Assembly: GCA_036262035.1 (NCBI GenBank)
Contig: DATAJS010000010.1
Coordinates: forward strand, 724,915-788,914
Direction: 5' to 3'
Length of the DNA: 64,000 bases
Origin: Burkholderiales bacterium
GTDB taxonomy: Bacteria > Pseudomonadota > Gammaproteobacteria > Burkholderiales > SG8-41
Shown here in pieces: positions 61,916 to 64,000 of the stretch. The notes under the pieces were generated by a model, which did not search any database, was not told the DNA's origin, and saw only the letters and a program-made list of their open reading frames with translations. A program made the translations under genes and the position numbers. Position 1 is the first letter of the stretch; every line of letters begins with the position of its first letter.

Positions 61916-62974
61916 ATGAACGCGAAGACGCTGTTCGGCCTCGCGGCCGCATTGCTTTCTTTCAGCTTTATCCCGGTTTCCGCCGCCGCCCAGGCGCTCG
62001 GCGATTCGAAGGTCGTCGCAATCGTTCCGTCGCCAGGCTTTCCGGAAGGCATCGCGGCGAAGGCCAATCGCTTCTACGTCTCGGGGCCGGCGCAGTTCGG
62101 CCTGCCGCTCGGCTCGGCCGAGATCAACGCTTACGATCGGAACAGCGGCGTGCTGCTCGAGACGTTCGCGATCACGTTTACGAACCCGTTCGTGGGCTTC
62201 AGCGCCGCTTCGTGCATCGCGTTCGGTCCCGGAGGCAAGCTGTACGTGATCGAGCCGTTCGTCGGCGTGATCAGCATGAGCCTCAACAAGAACAACGATC
62301 AGTCGGTGTACTCCGCGTTCACGCCGACCGGTCCGTCGCTGCTCAATGATCTCGCGTTCGACAATCCGGGCAACCTCTACGTGACCGATTCGTTCGCGGC
62401 CGCGATCTATCGGATACCGAAGGGCGGCGGCGCGCCGGTGTTGTGGTTCACCGATCCGCGTCTCGCGGGCGACCCGGGCCTGCCGTTCGGCGTGAACGGC
62501 ATCCGCCTCGACAAGACGGGCAAGCATCTCTACGTGTCGGTCACCGCGGAGAACGGCACGCTCGACGGCGTCATCTACCGGCTGCCGGTGAAGAACGCGC
62601 CCGTCGCCGCGGACCTCGAAGAGTTCCATCGCTACCCGTCCACGTTCGGTCCGGTGGGGCCGGACGGCATCGCGTTCGGCAAATCGGGCAAGCTCTACGT
62701 CGCGCTCGCGGGCTCGAGCCAGATCTCGGTGCTGCGTCCGAACGGAACCGAGGAAGCGCGCTACTCGGGGCCGGCCTCCAACCCCGGCGGATCGCCGAAT
62801 CCGATGCCGTGGACCAATCCCGCCAACATCGCGTTCGACGACCATCACGAGTCGCTGCTCGTCACCAACCACGCGAGCCTCGTGCCGTTCGATCCGAATT
62901 TGTTCGTCGTGTTCGACGTCTTCGTCGACGACAAGGGCCAAAATCCGGGTCAGAGTCACATTTCGGATTATTAA
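61916..62974 (+). CDS. secreted six-bladed beta-propeller protein (SMP-30/gluconolactonase/LRE-like)
   Basis: AGGGGGA RBS, signal peptide MNAKTLFGLAAALLSFSFIPVSAAA, repeated LYVTD/LYVSV blades. Last ~10 codons are encoded by a REP hairpin. Confidence 0.55.
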   Translation: MNAKTLFGLAAALLSFSFIPVSAAAQALGDSKVVAIVPSPGFPEGIAAKANRFYVSGPAQFGLPLGSAEINAYDRNSGVLLETFAITFTNPFVGFSAASCIAFGPGGKLYVIEPFVGVISMSLNKNNDQSVYSAFTPTGPSLLNDLAFDNPGNLYVTDSFAAAIYRIPKGGGAPVLWFTDPRLAGDPGLPFGVNGIRLDKTGKHLYVSVTAENGTLDGVIYRLPVKNAPVAADLEEFHRYPSTFGPVGPDGIAFGKSGKLYVALAGSSQISVLRPNGTEEARYSGPASNPGGSPNPMPWTNPANIAFDDHHESLLVTNHASLVPFDPNLFVVFDVFVDDKGQNPGQSHISDY

Positions 62975-62990
62975 TCTGACTCTGACCCGG
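62945..62990. repeat. REP-like hairpin (ccgggtcagagtc stem) overlapping the 3-prime end of the preceding CDS
   Basis: ccgggtcagagtcacatttcggattattaatctgactctgacccgg. Confidence 0.75.
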
Positions 62991-63035
62991 ATTTCTCCTC
63001 CGGTAATATCGGGCGACAAGGAGGAGCTGCATTCA

Positions 63036-64000
63036 TGCGAACGATAGACATCCACGCCCACATGTTTCCGCGCGCGTTGTGGAACGCGGTGGACGCGAAG
63101 AAAGACTGGTACGGCTACTGCCACGCGCCCGGCCCCGGCATGGGCTTCGTCGAGGCGCGCGGCAAGAAGACCACGCTGCCGACGCCCAAGATGCGCTACA
63201 CGCCCGAGGAGCGCATCAAGGACATGGACGCGCAGGGCACCGACGTGCAGGTGCTCTCGATCCACGTGCCGTTCGCAGGCTACGACCTGCCCGCCGACCA
63301 GGGACGCGCGCTCGCGCGCGAGGTGAACGACGAGATCGCGGGTACGGTGCGCGAGTTTCCGAAACGCTTTTCCGGGCTCGCCACGCTGCCGATGCAGGAC
63401 GTCACCTCCGCGATCGACGAGCTCGAGCGCGCGGTGACCAGGCTCGGCCTCAAAGGCGCCGAGCTCGACACCAACGTCAACGGCGAGCAGTGGGACGAGG
63501 CGAAGTACCGTCCGTTCTTCAAGGCCGCCGAGCAGATGGGCGCGGTGCTCTTCTATCATCCGCAGCCTCAGAACAACTTCCTGCGCGACCGCGTGCCGCG
63601 CTATCGCCTCTTCAACAGCCTCGGCGTCATCCTCGACGACGCGATCGTCGCCGCGGTGCTGATCTGCGGCGGCGTGCTGCAGGACTGTCCCGATCTCAAG
63701 GTCTGCATCGCCCACGGCGGCGGCCCGCTGTGCTACGCGATGGGCCGCATGGACCGCGAGTGGGAGAGGACGCCGCCCGACCAGCGCTCGACGCCGAAGA
63801 AGCCGAGCGAATACCAGCGCCAGCTCTATTACGACACCGTTACCGGCAACGAAGAAGCGCTGCGTTTCCTGCTCGACCGCGTCGGCGCCGACCGCGTCGT
63901 GCTCGGCAGCGACTGGCCTTTCGTGCACTTCGAGCCGGGTCCCGCCGGCTGGGTGCAGGCCATGAAATCGGTCTCGCAGGAGGAGAAAGAAAAGATCCTG
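63036..64000 (+). CDS. amidohydrolase-2 family metal-dependent hydrolase (ACMSD-like), C-terminus beyond window
   Basis: AGGAGGAG RBS. MRTIDIHAHMFP HxH N-terminus. CIAHGGG. No stop within the window. Confidence 0.8.

Overview
This 64 kb window is a high-GC (about 67%) bacterial chromosomal segment read by eye from the sequence plus the six-frame ORF track. Coding density is high and the content is almost entirely catabolic and periplasmic, which fits a Burkholderiales-type or similar heterotroph. It carries twelve TctC/Bug-family orphan periplasmic binding proteins (two are pseudogenes). It also carries four amidohydrolase-2 paralogs, two MBL hydrolases, two alpha/beta hydrolases, a form-II CoxSLM molybdenum hydroxylase, a PQQ sugar dehydrogenase with its dihaem cytochrome c, a LivKHMGF-type ABC importer, a bacteriophytochrome locus (bphO-bphP hybrid kinase), a 6TM K+ channel, an SmtA-like metallothionein and two tRNAs (Asp, Pro). 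The window is very repeat-dense. At least four families of palindromic intergenic elements occur about once per 5 to 6 kb, including nested composite elements and a tandem array. One nest of repeats encloses a small GIY-YIG nuclease gene. The most system-like novelty is a translationally coupled five-gene operon: DUF924, TctC, C45 N-terminal-nucleophile acyltransferase, a 98-aa secreted protein, and a Mesh1-like (p)ppGpp hydrolase. Coordinates follow the ORF track, with starts refined by counting residues to the best RBS-supported start codon. My own counting from the line labels differed from the track by up to 1 nt in places, so repeat and RNA coordinates are approximate to within a few nt. 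No CRISPR, cas, integrase or phage genes were seen.
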